Below are positions 8,529 through 18,352 of a DNA stretch of 43,123 bases, in pieces (within the stretch, counting starts at the first letter, position 1; each line of letters starts with the position of its first letter). The notes under the pieces are model-generated. The model was not told where the DNA came from, searched no databases, and saw only the letters and a list, made by a program, of their open reading frames with translations. A program made the translations under genes and the position numbers. Where the stretch lies: positions 1 to 43,123 of IMG/VR virus record IMGVR_UViG_3300022177_000076. The stretch is one strand, 5' to 3'. The stretch is from a virus (lineage: Duplodnaviria > Caudoviricetes).

Positions 8529-11071
8529 GCCGCGCCCGCCTTGGTAACCATGGACCTGCCAATCCGGCGGCTCTCTCTGTCCCAGCTTTCATACACCACC
8601 CGCCCGTCGAGTTTCAAAACATTATGGATCGTCTGCGGTTGGCTGTTCATACCCCGCAGTTCGTCCTGAATGATCTGCCTCAGTAAGCTTTCGGGGGCTT
8701 CGATATTGCGCCCGCTTCTCTGGTCGCCCAAAATCGCCGCAAAAGGCGCGTTTGGGGGGATCACCGCGCCAGTGGCAAGGTAAGGAATCCGCCTGATATA
8801 AACAGGCTTTATGTTGATACCCCAGGTTTCTTCTTTATTGAACGGGTTGGTGAAACTGAGGGTGTTCAACTTTTCGATGATTCCGTTGATACCCAACTCT
8901 ATTGCGCCGATCATATTGTTTATAAACTTGATAATGTGATTAATGGCATCCCTGATCGTAACTTTTATGCCTTCCCATGTATCAGTAGCCCACGCAGATA
9001 TGTCATCCCACATCTCGTTAAACTTTGTGCTTATCGGGGTGATAACCTCATCCTCAAACCAGGTGCTGACTGTCTGCCAAACGCCTTTGATATCGTCCCA
9101 AACGCCCGTCACCTTCAGGCTGATTTCATCCCATTTCTCAGTAAAGTAACTCTTGATAGGAGTTAATACCTCTTTATCAAACCAATCTTTAGCCTCATCC
9201 CATGCATCTTTGATATCCGTCCAGGTATCTTCAGCCCATTTTTTGATTTCATCCCACGCTTTTTTGAACGCATCTTTTATCGGCTGTAATATTTCTTTGT
9301 CAAGCCATGTCCCAATGTTCGTCCATGCGGTTAACATGCCTTCTTTCAAACCATCTATAAGATAACCGCCTTGTTCGGCCATTACAGTGGATGGTGAAGC
9401 AATCCCAAAAGCTTTTTTGAAACCCTCCATAAACGGATCAACAACATTTTCTTTTATCCATTCATAAATGCCAATTGCCGCGTCTTTAATACCTTGCCAA
9501 AGACCAGCCCAAAAATCACCACCCTTTTCAGCTATTTTTTCTTTGAAATAATCTGCAATGCCTTGAACTACTCCATCAATTTTTTCAGCTAATGTCCCTA
9601 TTATGGTAGCAACAGCCACTAAAGAGCTCCCAAGAAGCTCAAATACACGGCTTACAATTCCGCTCCAGTCCACGCCTTCCAGGAATCCTGCGATGCCGTC
9701 CCATACAGATGTAGTAAACTGTGCCCAGTCGAACTCTTGTACAAAACCAATCAAAGCGTCAAGACCGCCTTTTACTCCATCGCTAAGCAAACCGCCTAAG
9801 CCACTAAACACGCCTTTCCAATCAAAACCTTCGATTGCTGAATTTAGTTTGGCTGCCAGTTCGCCGGCTATTCCCTTGTAATCAATGCCTTGTATTTTCT
9901 CCCTCAAAGTATTAATGCCCGATACTATCGCGCCTGAAAGCCACCCGCTGATGAAATTCAAGTCGCCGGATCCGAATACGGACTTGATCTCTTCAACAAA
10001 TCCTCGCAATCGCTCCTCTAATTCATCCAGCTTTTCAATAATTGGTGAATCGGAAATTTCCGGTATCTCAATTACAGGCGTTTCACCGCCCCCACCACTA
10101 CCACCGCCCCCGCTCGATTGTGCTAACACATTCAATTTGTCAAATGAAGCAAGCGAACCCTTAGCCGCTTTTTCACTGTCTTCAATCCCGTCAGCCAGTT
10201 CCTGATAACCGTTAGCTGCTTCATGCGCGTTTTGGCCTAAATCTCTCATGCCCACATTAGTACCAAATAATAGGTTCATCACCCGCCCGACAATATTAAA
10301 TAATTGTGTAAAAGAATTAATTGCAGTCAAAATATATGGGATAAAAGCGTTAAGTACAGGGATTAACGAATTTCCAACTGCGGTTTTTAAGTTCGTAAAC
10401 GCGGCTCCCAGTTGAGCCACACGCCCTGCGTAAGTGTTGGCATATTTGGAAGCCGCCCCCGCAAACACTGCGCCTTCAGCCATAAAACCGTTTATTTCAG
10501 CTTGCCTTTTTTGTGCAAGGGTCAAATTGTTCGCAGTAGTTCCGATGGCTGCCGCATATTCCCTCCACATCATGGCAACATTCTTTTGAATGCCCACGCT
10601 GTCAGTTAACAGCGAGTTTTCCATTCTCAAACCTTGAGTTGCTTTTTCAATTGCCTCGCCCATTGAAAACTGACCCTGACGTCCATATGCCGCCGAGTCT
10701 TTCATGACGGTTAGTAACTTTTCAATCTCATCGGAGCCATATCCCCGCATGACAAGATTCTGATAAGCCTTTACCGCGTCAGTCATAGGCACTAAGCCAT
10801 CAGAGATGTACTCTTCAATAAAACCTTTTGCCCCTGCAAATGAACGGTTGTTCGCCTGCATAACGAAATCTAACCCAGCCCAGGCGCTTTCAGCCTTAGA
10901 AGCAGCATCAACCGCGGCTTTACTAAAATCAATTATCGTTTTAACGCTGAAAGCAATGCCAATTGCCACGCCGATTTTACCGAGAATTGCCGTAACTTGG
11001 TTAAGCCCTGCATTAATGCCCTTTGTATCAAGTTGGGTCTTAATCCTTACTTCACCGGCATAAGTTGTCAT
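8525..11071 (-). CDS. Tape measure protein
   Basis: 848 aa, W/F-spaced amphipathic repeats, FGIASPS and IPYLATGAVIP motifs. Confidence 0.92.
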   Translation of the reverse strand: MTTYAGEVRIKTQLDTKGINAGLNQVTAILGKIGVAIGIAFSVKTIIDFSKAAVDAASKAESAWAGLDFVMQANNRSFAGAKGFIEEYISDGLVPMTDAVKAYQNLVMRGYGSDEIEKLLTVMKDSAAYGRQGQFSMGEAIEKATQGLRMENSLLTDSVGIQKNVAMMWREYAAAIGTTANNLTLAQKRQAEINGFMAEGAVFAGAASKYANTYAGRVAQLGAAFTNLKTAVGNSLIPVLNAFIPYILTAINSFTQLFNIVGRVMNLLFGTNVGMRDLGQNAHEAANGYQELADGIEDSEKAAKGSLASFDKLNVLAQSSGGGGSGGGGETPVIEIPEISDSPIIEKLDELEERLRGFVEEIKSVFGSGDLNFISGWLSGAIVSGINTLREKIQGIDYKGIAGELAAKLNSAIEGFDWKGVFSGLGGLLSDGVKGGLDALIGFVQEFDWAQFTTSVWDGIAGFLEGVDWSGIVSRVFELLGSSLVAVATIIGTLAEKIDGVVQGIADYFKEKIAEKGGDFWAGLWQGIKDAAIGIYEWIKENVVDPFMEGFKKAFGIASPSTVMAEQGGYLIDGLKEGMLTAWTNIGTWLDKEILQPIKDAFKKAWDEIKKWAEDTWTDIKDAWDEAKDWFDKEVLTPIKSYFTEKWDEISLKVTGVWDDIKGVWQTVSTWFEDEVITPISTKFNEMWDDISAWATDTWEGIKVTIRDAINHIIKFINNMIGAIELGINGIIEKLNTLSFTNPFNKEETWGINIKPVYIRRIPYLATGAVIPPNAPFAAILGDQRSGRNIEAPESLLRQIIQDELRGMNSQPQTIHNVLKLDGRVVYESWDRESRRIGRSMVTKAGAA

Positions 11072-11655
11072 TTTTCACCGCCTTCGCTCAGTAAAGCGTA
11101 TAAGTCCGCGTTTTCGTTCTCTTCAAAGTCCATATATTCGTCAAACTCCGGCAGGTCGAAAGCATCGCCCATTTTCAGCGCGTGCTCTCGTTCCTCTTTG
11201 GTCGCATCGCCATTCTTAACCCGCCGCCGCAAATTAACCACCGAACTAAATGCCGTCTCCGCGCCCAGGTCCATAAACAGCGATAAAAACTGCCACCAGT
11301 GCAAGTCCGCCTTCTGCAGGTCAATATTGTGCGTTTGCCGGAACGCGGCATAAATCAGGCTCGCGTCCTTCTCAAACGAATACAACCTGTGATGGTCCGC
11401 AAAAGGATTCTCGCCTTCTGTTTCTTTTCCCCCGTCCAAAAACTTGATTCCCAGCCGCACCGCCTCATTGACATTGTCCGGTATAGCACCTTTGTATAAC
11501 CTTCTCAGTAAAAGCACCGCCTTCTCATCATCCGTGATATCCTGATCTTCAAAGTCCAGAATGCACTGGATGCCGCTGCGAAAGTCCGTGTTCAGCGGAT
11601 ATTCCACGCCGTCAACCTCAACTGCTTCCGGTAATTCGTCAGTCAGGATGTTCAC
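11068..11655 (-). CDS. Gp15-family tail assembly chaperone
   Basis: LNTDFR, YSFEKDA..IYAAF, LHWWQF motifs. Confidence 0.85.
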   Translation of the reverse strand: MNILTDELPEAVEVDGVEYPLNTDFRSGIQCILDFEDQDITDDEKAVLLLRRLYKGAIPDNVNEAVRLGIKFLDGGKETEGENPFADHHRLYSFEKDASLIYAAFRQTHNIDLQKADLHWWQFLSLFMDLGAETAFSSVVNLRRRVKNGDATKEEREHALKMGDAFDLPEFDEYMDFEENENADLYALLSEGGEK

Positions 11656-11656
11656 G

Positions 11657-12091
11657 CTATTTCAATGCCTTTTTACCGGTCGGCTTATTCAGGCGCTCCT
11701 CAATCTTTGCGCTGCTTTTGGCTTCAAATTTTGTCAATACAAAAGACAAAAAGGTCGTGAAACTCTCAAAATCAAAGCCGTCCGCAAACACCATCGCGCT
11801 CGTGCCTTCGCCAAATACGCCATCAAGCCCCGCCATAAAGTAATCGGCCAGTTCCACCATCAACTTTACTGAGGCGTCAACCTGCAGCGGAAAGCCTTCT
11901 TCGCCTTCCCCTTCGACCGTTTCAATTTCAGCGATTTTCGCCTGTACTTCTTTTTCTTTTCGGGCGGCGTCTTTCGCAAAATCAAACAACCGCGCCCGCA
12001 AATGCACATCCTCAGTATTGAAGCGGATCACCCGCGCGGGGTCATCATCAAACATGATCTCAGTGCGCTTACTGAACGTTAGTTTTTCCAT
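11657..12091 (-). CDS. Tail assembly chaperone
   Basis: Between tail tube and Gp15; LDGVFGEG motif. Confidence 0.65.
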   Translation of the reverse strand: MEKLTFSKRTEIMFDDDPARVIRFNTEDVHLRARLFDFAKDAARKEKEVQAKIAEIETVEGEGEEGFPLQVDASVKLMVELADYFMAGLDGVFGEGTSAMVFADGFDFESFTTFLSFVLTKFEAKSSAKIEERLNKPTGKKALK

Positions 12092-12106
12092 TATTCAAAT
12101 CCTTTC

Positions 12107-12130
12107 TGCCCCCGCATGACACGGGGGCAT
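12107..12130 (-). terminator. GC-rich hairpin after the tail tube gene
   Basis: TGCCCCCG-CATGACA-CGGGGGCA; no clear U-tract. Confidence 0.4.
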
Positions 12131-12136
12131 TAAGTC

Positions 12137-12655
12137 TTAAGTGGCAGCCGTGAATACTTTGAGAACTGGCTCAAACGTACCCTTCACCGGATCACCAGCA
12201 TCGTAAATTGTGTACTTGATTTTTGCGGTGTTCGGACCGCCTTCGCCGCCGATTGATTCAATACCAATCGTGACTTTCACCTTCTCAGCCGGCCATTCCA
12301 GAACTGGCAATATCTCAGTGCCCGTATTTATTGAGGCTTTATAAGCCCACACGTTCACCATTTCGGTTTGCAGACTTTCCAGCACCGCCATATTAATCCG
12401 CATAGTGTCGATGTAATCAAACACATCATCGCCCGGATACACCACCCCTTCAATCGCCATAGAGCGCTTATATCCGGTTATTTCCGTGATGGTGTTATCC
12501 ATCGTAATATCGTAGGTTTCCTCAGTAACAGGGTTATAAGCTATCTCGCTCGCGGCAACTTTATGCCCAAGTCTGCTCCACGCAGCGGCTGAGCCGGTTG
12601 TGTGCGTGTCGAGATAGTGCTCAATTTTTAATCGTTTCGCTTGTACTCCAGCCAT
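12137..12655 (-). CDS. Major tail (tube) protein
   Basis: YNP.TEE..DI...ITGY, GD.VFDYI, I..IGGEGG, GDP.KGTF motifs. Confidence 0.8.
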   Translation of the reverse strand: MAGVQAKRLKIEHYLDTHTTGSAAAWSRLGHKVAASEIAYNPVTEETYDITMDNTITEITGYKRSMAIEGVVYPGDDVFDYIDTMRINMAVLESLQTEMVNVWAYKASINTGTEILPVLEWPAEKVKVTIGIESIGGEGGPNTAKIKYTIYDAGDPVKGTFEPVLKVFTAAT

Positions 12656-12667
12656 GATCCATTCCTC

Positions 12668-13075
12668 TCATTCTTCGTAAATCAATTTGCACAGGATTTG
12701 AAATACACCCGTGTTTTCCGCGCGCTCGATGATCGTTGCCGTATCCAGCGCCTCAATAGATACCGCGGTCTTGCCCGCGTCCAGAGTTGGCAAAGTGCCT
12801 TTTTCCGTCTGTTCGTCCAGCCAGTCGGCGAATTCCTCGTAAAATTCCGCCGCGTCAAGACCGCTGTCATCCGCCAAAACCTCAATTGCCCCAAATGCAA
12901 ACGGGTATTCAACTGTTTTCCCGCCAGTGATATCCTCAATCACCTGCTTTCCAGGGATCAAAAACACCGCGTAAGACAGTGGATTAGGGTTCAGCATTTC
13001 CACCCATACAGGGCGGTTGCTTTCCAACGCCTGATAAGTCGCCAGGTAAACCTGAATTGCTTTGATGTCGCTCAT
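12668..13075 (-). CDS. Tail terminator/completion protein
   Basis: FYEEFADWLDEQ...LP and FQI.CKLIY motifs; position. Confidence 0.65.
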   Translation of the reverse strand: MSDIKAIQVYLATYQALESNRPVWVEMLNPNPLSYAVFLIPGKQVIEDITGGKTVEYPFAFGAIEVLADDSGLDAAEFYEEFADWLDEQTEKGTLPTLDAGKTAVSIEALDTATIIERAENTGVFQILCKLIYEE

Positions 13076-13491
13076 TAGTCCTTCCATGCCTTTTTGGCAA
13101 CGCCCGCTTTAATTTGTTTTAAGTGAACCGCCATAGCACGCTCGAACCAATAAGGCCCGCCATTCGGGTTAATGTTTTGCGTTGTCTTGCGATTTACCAG
13201 GTGATATTGCCGCCATGCGTAAGGCGCGATCCACGCCACCTCGCCGCTTCCAGGCTTAGTGCCCAAAATACCGCTTGTGATCAACATGGAAGTTACCTTT
13301 GGCACATATTTGTTCGAATAGCGTAAAACCTCGCTGTCAAGAAACTTCTGCGCGGTATTGATGTTCTCGTTTTGCCGTCTGAAGTAGTCATTTTTCCAGG
13401 TGAGTTCAGCCTCGATTTTGCCATTCGCTGTTTTTACATACTTCACCCAACCTCTCGGTGTTTCAATAAACTTAAGCGTCTTAGCCATCAC
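13075..13491 (-). CDS. Minor capsid/tail completion protein
   Basis: AQKFLDSEV...YVP, APYA.RQY, GPYWFERA motifs. Confidence 0.75.
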   Translation of the reverse strand: MMAKTLKFIETPRGWVKYVKTANGKIEAELTWKNDYFRRQNENINTAQKFLDSEVLRYSNKYVPKVTSMLITSGILGTKPGSGEVAWIAPYAWRQYHLVNRKTTQNINPNGGPYWFERAMAVHLKQIKAGVAKKAWKD

Positions 13492-13838
13492 GCGCCTCCA
13501 ATCTGAATATGCTGCATACCGCTAAACCCGTAATCCTTCAGGTCAACGCTCGTGATCTTGACGGAGTGCGGATACAGTTTCAGCAAGTCCGCGATCTTGA
13601 AAGAAGTCGTGATCTCATTAGCCACAACCCCCTTCACCAGATAATCGCCGACCTTGAATCCAACCGCGATATCAGGCACATAAACCCGCACCCGATCCGC
13701 CTCCATCGAACCCGACTTGATCACATTCGCGGCTTTGCTTTCCTCCCACATCACGCCCTCCACCACCTGACGGGTATAGGTCATGGCGTTGTTCACTAAC
13801 GACCCCGTATACCAGGTCATCGAATGCGGCGCGTACAT
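13488..13838 (-). CDS. Head closure protein
   Basis: Position; GD.LVKG and H..IGG C-terminus. Confidence 0.6.
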   Translation of the reverse strand: MYAPHSMTWYTGSLVNNAMTYTRQVVEGVMWEESKAANVIKSGSMEADRVRVYVPDIAVGFKVGDYLVKGVVANEITTSFKIADLLKLYPHSVKITSVDLKDYGFSGMQHIQIGGA

Positions 13839-14224
13839 CAGGCAACCCCTCGATACATCAAGCCAGTGAGCGCCAGATATTGTTCAGCAACAGCCTGAAT
13901 GGTCGCCGCTTCCCGCTCTTTAGCCACATCCGCGCTTGCATACTTTACTGAGTGATCACCAACGCTCTCACTTTCAATGCCCGCGGGCTGAAGTCCAGCC
14001 GCCGCAAATCCGTTCAGCACCTCTGCAATCGCACAGGTCGCCATTTTTATGCGGTCAATAAGGGCGGTGTTTGTGTTCTCAGTAATGACAGCACCCGCGC
14101 GGTTCAATGTCAGGCGCTCCACCTCATAAGAGGCACGCTTTGCCAGCGCTTGGAACATGGCGGCAGAGATGGACGTTCCACCGTATGTGTTCAGATAAAA
14201 TGTGTAGTCCGCGTATCCGTCCAT
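13838..14224 (-). CDS. Head-tail connector/adaptor
   Basis: YADY.FY..YGG, SESVGDHSV.Y, YL..TGLMYRGV motifs. Confidence 0.85.
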   Translation of the reverse strand: MDGYADYTFYLNTYGGTSISAAMFQALAKRASYEVERLTLNRAGAVITENTNTALIDRIKMATCAIAEVLNGFAAAGLQPAGIESESVGDHSVKYASADVAKEREAATIQAVAEQYLALTGLMYRGVA

Positions 14225-14239
14225 CTCTTACCTCCCATA

Positions 14240-14494
14240 TCAAAATACGATCCAGTTGATCACGTCAGCAGCAGTCAAGACAAAAGTCGATGAGTTATTC
14301 TCAATTTTGAGAACCCCGCCGGTAATTGATCCTTTTGCAGCAGTAGTAGCTTCTACCCCTGCTCTAAAAACCTGAAAGACAAATCCAACCGCATTAGGTT
14401 TGCCTGTGTTAATAGTTATCGACGTAGGAGTACCGGATACCGTATACGTCCCGCCAACTGGGATCTTGCTTGCCCAATCAATTCCCGAAGTCAT
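14240..14494 (-). CDS. Small virion (decoration-like) protein
   Basis: Beta-rich 84-aa ORF in the head cluster. Confidence 0.45.
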   Translation of the reverse strand: MTSGIDWASKIPVGGTYTVSGTPTSITINTGKPNAVGFVFQVFRAGVEATTAAKGSITGGVLKIENNSSTFVLTAADVINWIVF

Positions 14495-14496
14495 TT

Positions 14497-14961
14497 TTAC
14501 GCTCCCTCCATCCAGAGGATATAACCGTCAATCTTGCCAGCCGTAAGAGCTGCCGTTCCAACAGTCACAGTAACGGCTTTTTCCTCAGTCAACTTGATAG
14601 GTTGCGCGATAACAGCCGCCATCGGTTTTTGAGTGGCAAGTGTCAGGCTGGCTTTTGCGGTCGCCGTCAACAGGTCGTTTGCAGCCACCAGGCTAATTGC
14701 CACAGTCGCATTTCCGTCCGAAGTTACCGCAGTAATCACGTCAATAAACCCGCCATATACAATCGCGTTATCGGGAATTTTGACCGCCATTGGATGCGCG
14801 GCAACCGTCTTATTGCTTACCGGTGTGCTTGCCGCGTCATTCGCGTCAGCATCAAAAGTGAACTTACTTACGTGCATTCCAGCCAAAGATGCGAGCGAAT
14901 CAAAGTTATCATTCACATCCTTCAACCAGCCTGCTCCAACAATAGGTTTTATCGCTGCCAT
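14497..14961 (-). CDS. Capsid decoration/spike-base-like protein
   Basis: Directly after the capsid gene; IP.NA....ID V.TA, ALTAGK pattern. Confidence 0.5.
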   Translation of the reverse strand: MAAIKPIVGAGWLKDVNDNFDSLASLAGMHVSKFTFDADANDAASTPVSNKTVAAHPMAVKIPDNAIVYGGFIDVITAVTSDGNATVAISLVAANDLLTATAKASLTLATQKPMAAVIAQPIKLTEEKAVTVTVGTAALTAGKIDGYILWMEGA

Positions 14962-14969
14962 GTCAGCAC

Positions 14970-15857
14970 CTATGCTTTCTTGTGCAGGTAAATACCTTTT
15001 ACCTTGTTCTCATATACAAAAGCGTCATGATAGATCCGGTATTGGATCAACCAACCGTCTGAAGTCTGATTGTCATCAGGCCCAAACACTTTCAAGCTTT
15101 CGTGTTTCGCCACCTGCAATACTGAGCTCGGATGAATCATCATAAAGTTGATGTCCTTACCGGCTCCGCCATTCTTGGTATAACCGCCCTCGTTCACACT
15201 CGTGCCCGCGTCAAGGTCGATCTGAGTATAGAAGCGGGTCTGAGGAACCATAATCACTTCCATGCCGTCGAATTTGCTGACGCTGCGATTCACTTCGCTT
15301 TCGTTCGCCAGGAACCGGCTGACCTTGCCTTCCAGTAAGTTGAGGCAGTCTTCCGAAATATAAAGCAGCCGCCCCTCGCGAGGAACTTCCTGCTTATTCA
15401 ATGCCAGCTTTGCCGCGTCAATTGCCGTCAAAATGCTATTCGCGTCCAAAGTTGCCCCAGTTGTGGTTTGAATGCTTGACCAGCTTGCATATTTGGCAAA
15501 GCGATAAGCATCCAGCTCCGGTGCCACCTCAGTGCGAATAAACTCACTCGCCAGCGTGCCAAAGGCCATCCCGAGAGTTTCCTCATCATCCATGCGGTCA
15601 ATCACAAACGCCCGCCCTCGTTCAGTCGCCAAAGTCAGCGCTTCCCAACCGGCAGTAATTTGCCCGGCTGGATAACCACTTACACGGCTGTAAGTACCCA
15701 GACCAATCGGGTCAGTCTTGAAAACCTTCACAACATTCGCGCCCGCGAAATTTACGGGCTTAGTTAATGCGTCCATCCTTGCGGTTAGCGACGCTTCCTT
15801 GTAGATTTCATCCAGAATAGGCTGGAATTTTTGTGCTAAAGCAATACTCTGTGCCAT
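14970..15857 (-). CDS. Major capsid protein
   Basis: F.IDRMDDEET, PELDAYRF, INFMMIH, YRIYHDAFV motifs; follows the scaffold gene. Confidence 0.9.
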   Translation of the reverse strand: MAQSIALAQKFQPILDEIYKEASLTARMDALTKPVNFAGANVVKVFKTDPIGLGTYSRVSGYPAGQITAGWEALTLATERGRAFVIDRMDDEETLGMAFGTLASEFIRTEVAPELDAYRFAKYASWSSIQTTTGATLDANSILTAIDAAKLALNKQEVPREGRLLYISEDCLNLLEGKVSRFLANESEVNRSVSKFDGMEVIMVPQTRFYTQIDLDAGTSVNEGGYTKNGGAGKDINFMMIHPSSVLQVAKHESLKVFGPDDNQTSDGWLIQYRIYHDAFVYENKVKGIYLHKKA

Positions 15858-15871
15858 TAGTTATTTTCCTT

Positions 15872-16396
15872 TCATTTGAGACCAGCCGCCTTCCTCATCG
15901 CCCGGACTAAGTCCTCATCCGGGTCGGCAGACGCACCTGGTTTATGTTTCACCCCGTCAACGATTACCGTCTCGGGCTCAGTAAATTTGCTGTTCTCAGT
16001 AAGGAACGCACTCAGGTTCTTTTCAAAGTCGCCTTCAAGCTTGCCAACCTTGAACATCACATAATCCACGTCCCCGCCCTTCACGCCTGCCAAAATAATG
16101 GCTTTTTCGCGCTCAAGGTTCACGGCTTTTGCCTCGGCAGCTTGCAGCGCCTTTTCGCGCTCTGCCGCCTTTTCGGCTTCGGTCTGCTGAGACTTCTTCC
16201 ACTCGCGATAAGCTTTCAACTCATCTGCTTCCGGTTGGTTTTTACGCTCCCGCGCCAACCGCTCAGATACAATCCTGTCAAGCTCCGCCTGTGTGAATGT
16301 CTTTTCCGGTTCTTCCGTACTTGATTTTTCCGCAGCTGTCTGCGTATTTTCCTGAGCTTCCTCAGTAGTGGTTTTGGCTTTCTCTTCGTCTTCCAT
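15872..16396 (-). CDS. Capsid scaffolding protein
   Basis: KTFTQAELD.IV..RL.RE motif, charged coiled coil. Confidence 0.85.
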   Translation of the reverse strand: MEDEEKAKTTTEEAQENTQTAAEKSSTEEPEKTFTQAELDRIVSERLARERKNQPEADELKAYREWKKSQQTEAEKAAEREKALQAAEAKAVNLEREKAIILAGVKGGDVDYVMFKVGKLEGDFEKNLSAFLTENSKFTEPETVIVDGVKHKPGASADPDEDLVRAMRKAAGLK

Positions 16397-16450
16397 GATT
16401 TTGTTCCTTTCCGTTTATGCGCCCGTCGGCATGTAAAGGCGTGATGGGGA

Positions 16451-16549
16451 GTTAAAACAAACGCCCGGAACACGGCTGCTATTTCAAGCAACATGTCCCA
16501 GGCGGAAAACTCTGGCATCACTATTCAGTTGTAAATAGATTATACCACA
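16451..16549 (-). promoter_or_regulatory. Late promoter plus structured leader/terminator (copy 1)
   Basis: TGTGG-TATAAT, ACAACTGAATA, hairpin ending GGGCGTTTGTTTT; 22-nt identity with 23950-23971. Confidence 0.65.
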
Positions 16550-16579
16550 AAATCAGAAAAGCAAATCAATTTCCGTCAT

Positions 16580-16648
16580 TTACCCGTCATTGTCGATGTA
16601 GTTCTCCACCACATCGCGGATGCTGATTTCTTGCAGTTCGATTTTCAT
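16580..16648 (-). pseudogene. Truncated N-terminus of a DUF262/HNH-type restriction endonuclease
   Basis: MKIELQEISIRDVVENYIDNDG*, ATGA-coupled to the methylase stop. Confidence 0.65.
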
Positions 16649-17673
16649 AAACCTATTACCTTCTTTTTTATTATTAGCCTTGTGTACATCCTTTTACCAT
16701 TGATATAAGGGCGTCCTTTTTTCAATGATATATCAACACCTGTCTGACCAAGTATTTCGAATTGCTCAGGATTATATTTATCGAGGAATGTTATTGGAAC
16801 GCCCATAAGACCATTGAAGTCGCAGGGAATTTCAGCCACCTTATCCACATTGATGGCGTCGTAGTTGTCGTAGGTTGGGTACTCCTCGGGCGTGTAACGC
16901 TTGTAGAGCGTGAGGCTCTCGTGGCGTTTGCTGGTATCCAGATTGGTATACCAACATCCCATAATGTGCTTTATGCGTTTTCCATCGGTCACTTTTTCAA
17001 AATCGTATCCCTCGGGAACAATAAACCACATATCGTCATTAATGTTTCGATATCCCAACCAAATCTGACTGTTTTTGATTAATTTAAATATTTCTTTATA
17101 CGTGATTGCATTCTTATTGCCAATAATGATGAACTTCTTGTCATGCTCCACCAACTGCGCGACGTATTCCCGGAAGAGGGAGAAGGGCGGGTTGGTCACC
17201 ACGATATCGGCTTGTTTCAGCAATTCCACGCACTCCGCCGAGCGGAAGTCGCCGTCGCCCTCCAGGAACGAGAAAACATTCTTGCGGTTCTTCAACAGGT
17301 TTTCCACGTCGGTCAGGTCCACCGCGCCGTCCCGGTTCAAATCCGGCACCTCCGTGATTTCTATCTTGTAAGGTTTGCTGCCAGCCCCCTTCCTGACCCC
17401 CGGATTCCGGACTTCAAACAGCGGCAGCTGCCCGTAAGCCACCGGGGATTCGGAATAGCTGGTGGCGATGAGCTTCTTCAGGCCCAGGTAATTGAAGTTC
17501 ATCGCAAAGTACTTGAAAAAGTTGCTCTCGTAAGGGTCGTCGCAATTGCACAGGACCACCTTGCCGTGGAAGTGCTCCTTGTAGTGGCGCAATTCCGCCT
17601 CAATATCCGGCATCTGCGTATAAAACTCGTCGGCTTTGTTCTTTTTGGCTTTATCCAGGTCTCTCACAGACAT
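16645..17673 (-). CDS. Adenine-specific DNA methyltransferase, EcoRI-methylase family (start moved to ATG 17673)
   Basis: K.DEFYT, CNCDDP..SNF, GDFRS.EC, VTNPPFSLFREY, GVPITFLDK motifs. Confidence 0.92.
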   Translation of the reverse strand: MSVRDLDKAKKNKADEFYTQMPDIEAELRHYKEHFHGKVVLCNCDDPYESNFFKYFAMNFNYLGLKKLIATSYSESPVAYGQLPLFEVRNPGVRKGAGSKPYKIEITEVPDLNRDGAVDLTDVENLLKNRKNVFSFLEGDGDFRSAECVELLKQADIVVTNPPFSLFREYVAQLVEHDKKFIIIGNKNAITYKEIFKLIKNSQIWLGYRNINDDMWFIVPEGYDFEKVTDGKRIKHIMGCWYTNLDTSKRHESLTLYKRYTPEEYPTYDNYDAINVDKVAEIPCDFNGLMGVPITFLDKYNPEQFEILGQTGVDISLKKGRPYINGKRMYTRLIIKKKVIGL

Positions 17674-17768
17674 CCTGCCCCGCGCTCCTGTTTCGCATCC
17701 GTTATTGTGGAACACAGCTATTGTAACCAATTCCGTCCGCTTGTGGGTTTTTTCACCGCGGTGAATGT

Positions 17769-17840
17769 GTAGGGGCGAAGCACCCTGATGAGGAGCTTCT
17801 TTGCCATCCGGCTGCCGGGTGGGGGCGCTTCGCCCCTGCG
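17769..17840. repeat. REP/REPIN-like inverted repeat
   Basis: GTAGGGGCGAAGC ... GCTTCGCCCCTGC with GTAG tetranucleotide. Confidence 0.6.
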
Positions 17841-18024
17841 CCGCCCGTGCGTTCACGGTAAAAAGCCCAACCCTTACAGGCGGAGATCGCGCCGGTCTTG
17901 CGTAGCACCCCGGCACCAAAGGTGCGTGTGGGCAGACCGCGCGCGCCGCAATCTCTCACCCTCCCCCTTCTCATCATTGCCCATAGGGCGCTATAGTCCG
18001 AGCCTGATCCAGACGCGCCCCTAT

Positions 18025-18137
18025 TTGCGATTCTGTTTTGTTTATGCTATACTGTAGTTGCTCTGAGGTGGGAAGACACCCCCCACGCCCAGAAATGGAC
18101 AAGAGATGCCGATGTCGTGCACGGTGTACGGAGCACC
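18025..18137 (+). ncRNA. Promoter plus structured sRNA copy 1
   Basis: TTGCGA-17-TATACT; closing stem TGCTCTG/CGGAGCA; GAGGTG..CACGC..CAA.AGATG core. Confidence 0.65.
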
Positions 18138-18195
18138 ATTCCGGTGAGATGATAGAACGAATCTATTTATCAAGGCCGGTTTTATTATCAATTAT

Positions 18196-18324
18196 TTGCA
18201 ATTCTGTTTTGAATGTGCTATACTTTATTTGTCTGAGGTGAGAAATTTTGCCACCCACTCACACACTGAGTCCGTAAAAGGCCAGTCAAGGTAGATGCAG
18301 GGCGTGGTGGACCTGCCAGACAAA
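18196..18324 (+). ncRNA. Promoter plus structured sRNA copy 2
   Basis: TTGCAA-17-TATACT; closing stem TTTGTCTG/CAGACAAA; same core as copy 1. Confidence 0.7.
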
Positions 18325-18352
18325 AGAAGCCGATATTTTCTCGGCTTTTTTT
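18325..18352. terminator. Bidirectional intrinsic terminator
   Basis: AAAAGAAGCCGA-TATTTTC-TCGGCTTTTTTT between sRNA copy 2 and the muF stop. Confidence 0.8.

Noticed and set aside
11640-11680. Programmed frameshift between the tail chaperone genes
   Set aside because: The Gp15-type gene has its own GTG start next to the upstream stop and I saw no clear slippery heptamer
16645-17673. Claim that the methylase recognises CTCAGTA
   Set aside because: Specificity cannot be read from the sequence, and the gene looks recently acquired while the motif is spread through the core genes
17674-17919. N-terminal 82 aa of the 424-aa methylase ORF
   Set aside because: Runs through a REP-like hairpin and non-coding sequence; family similarity starts at ATG 17673
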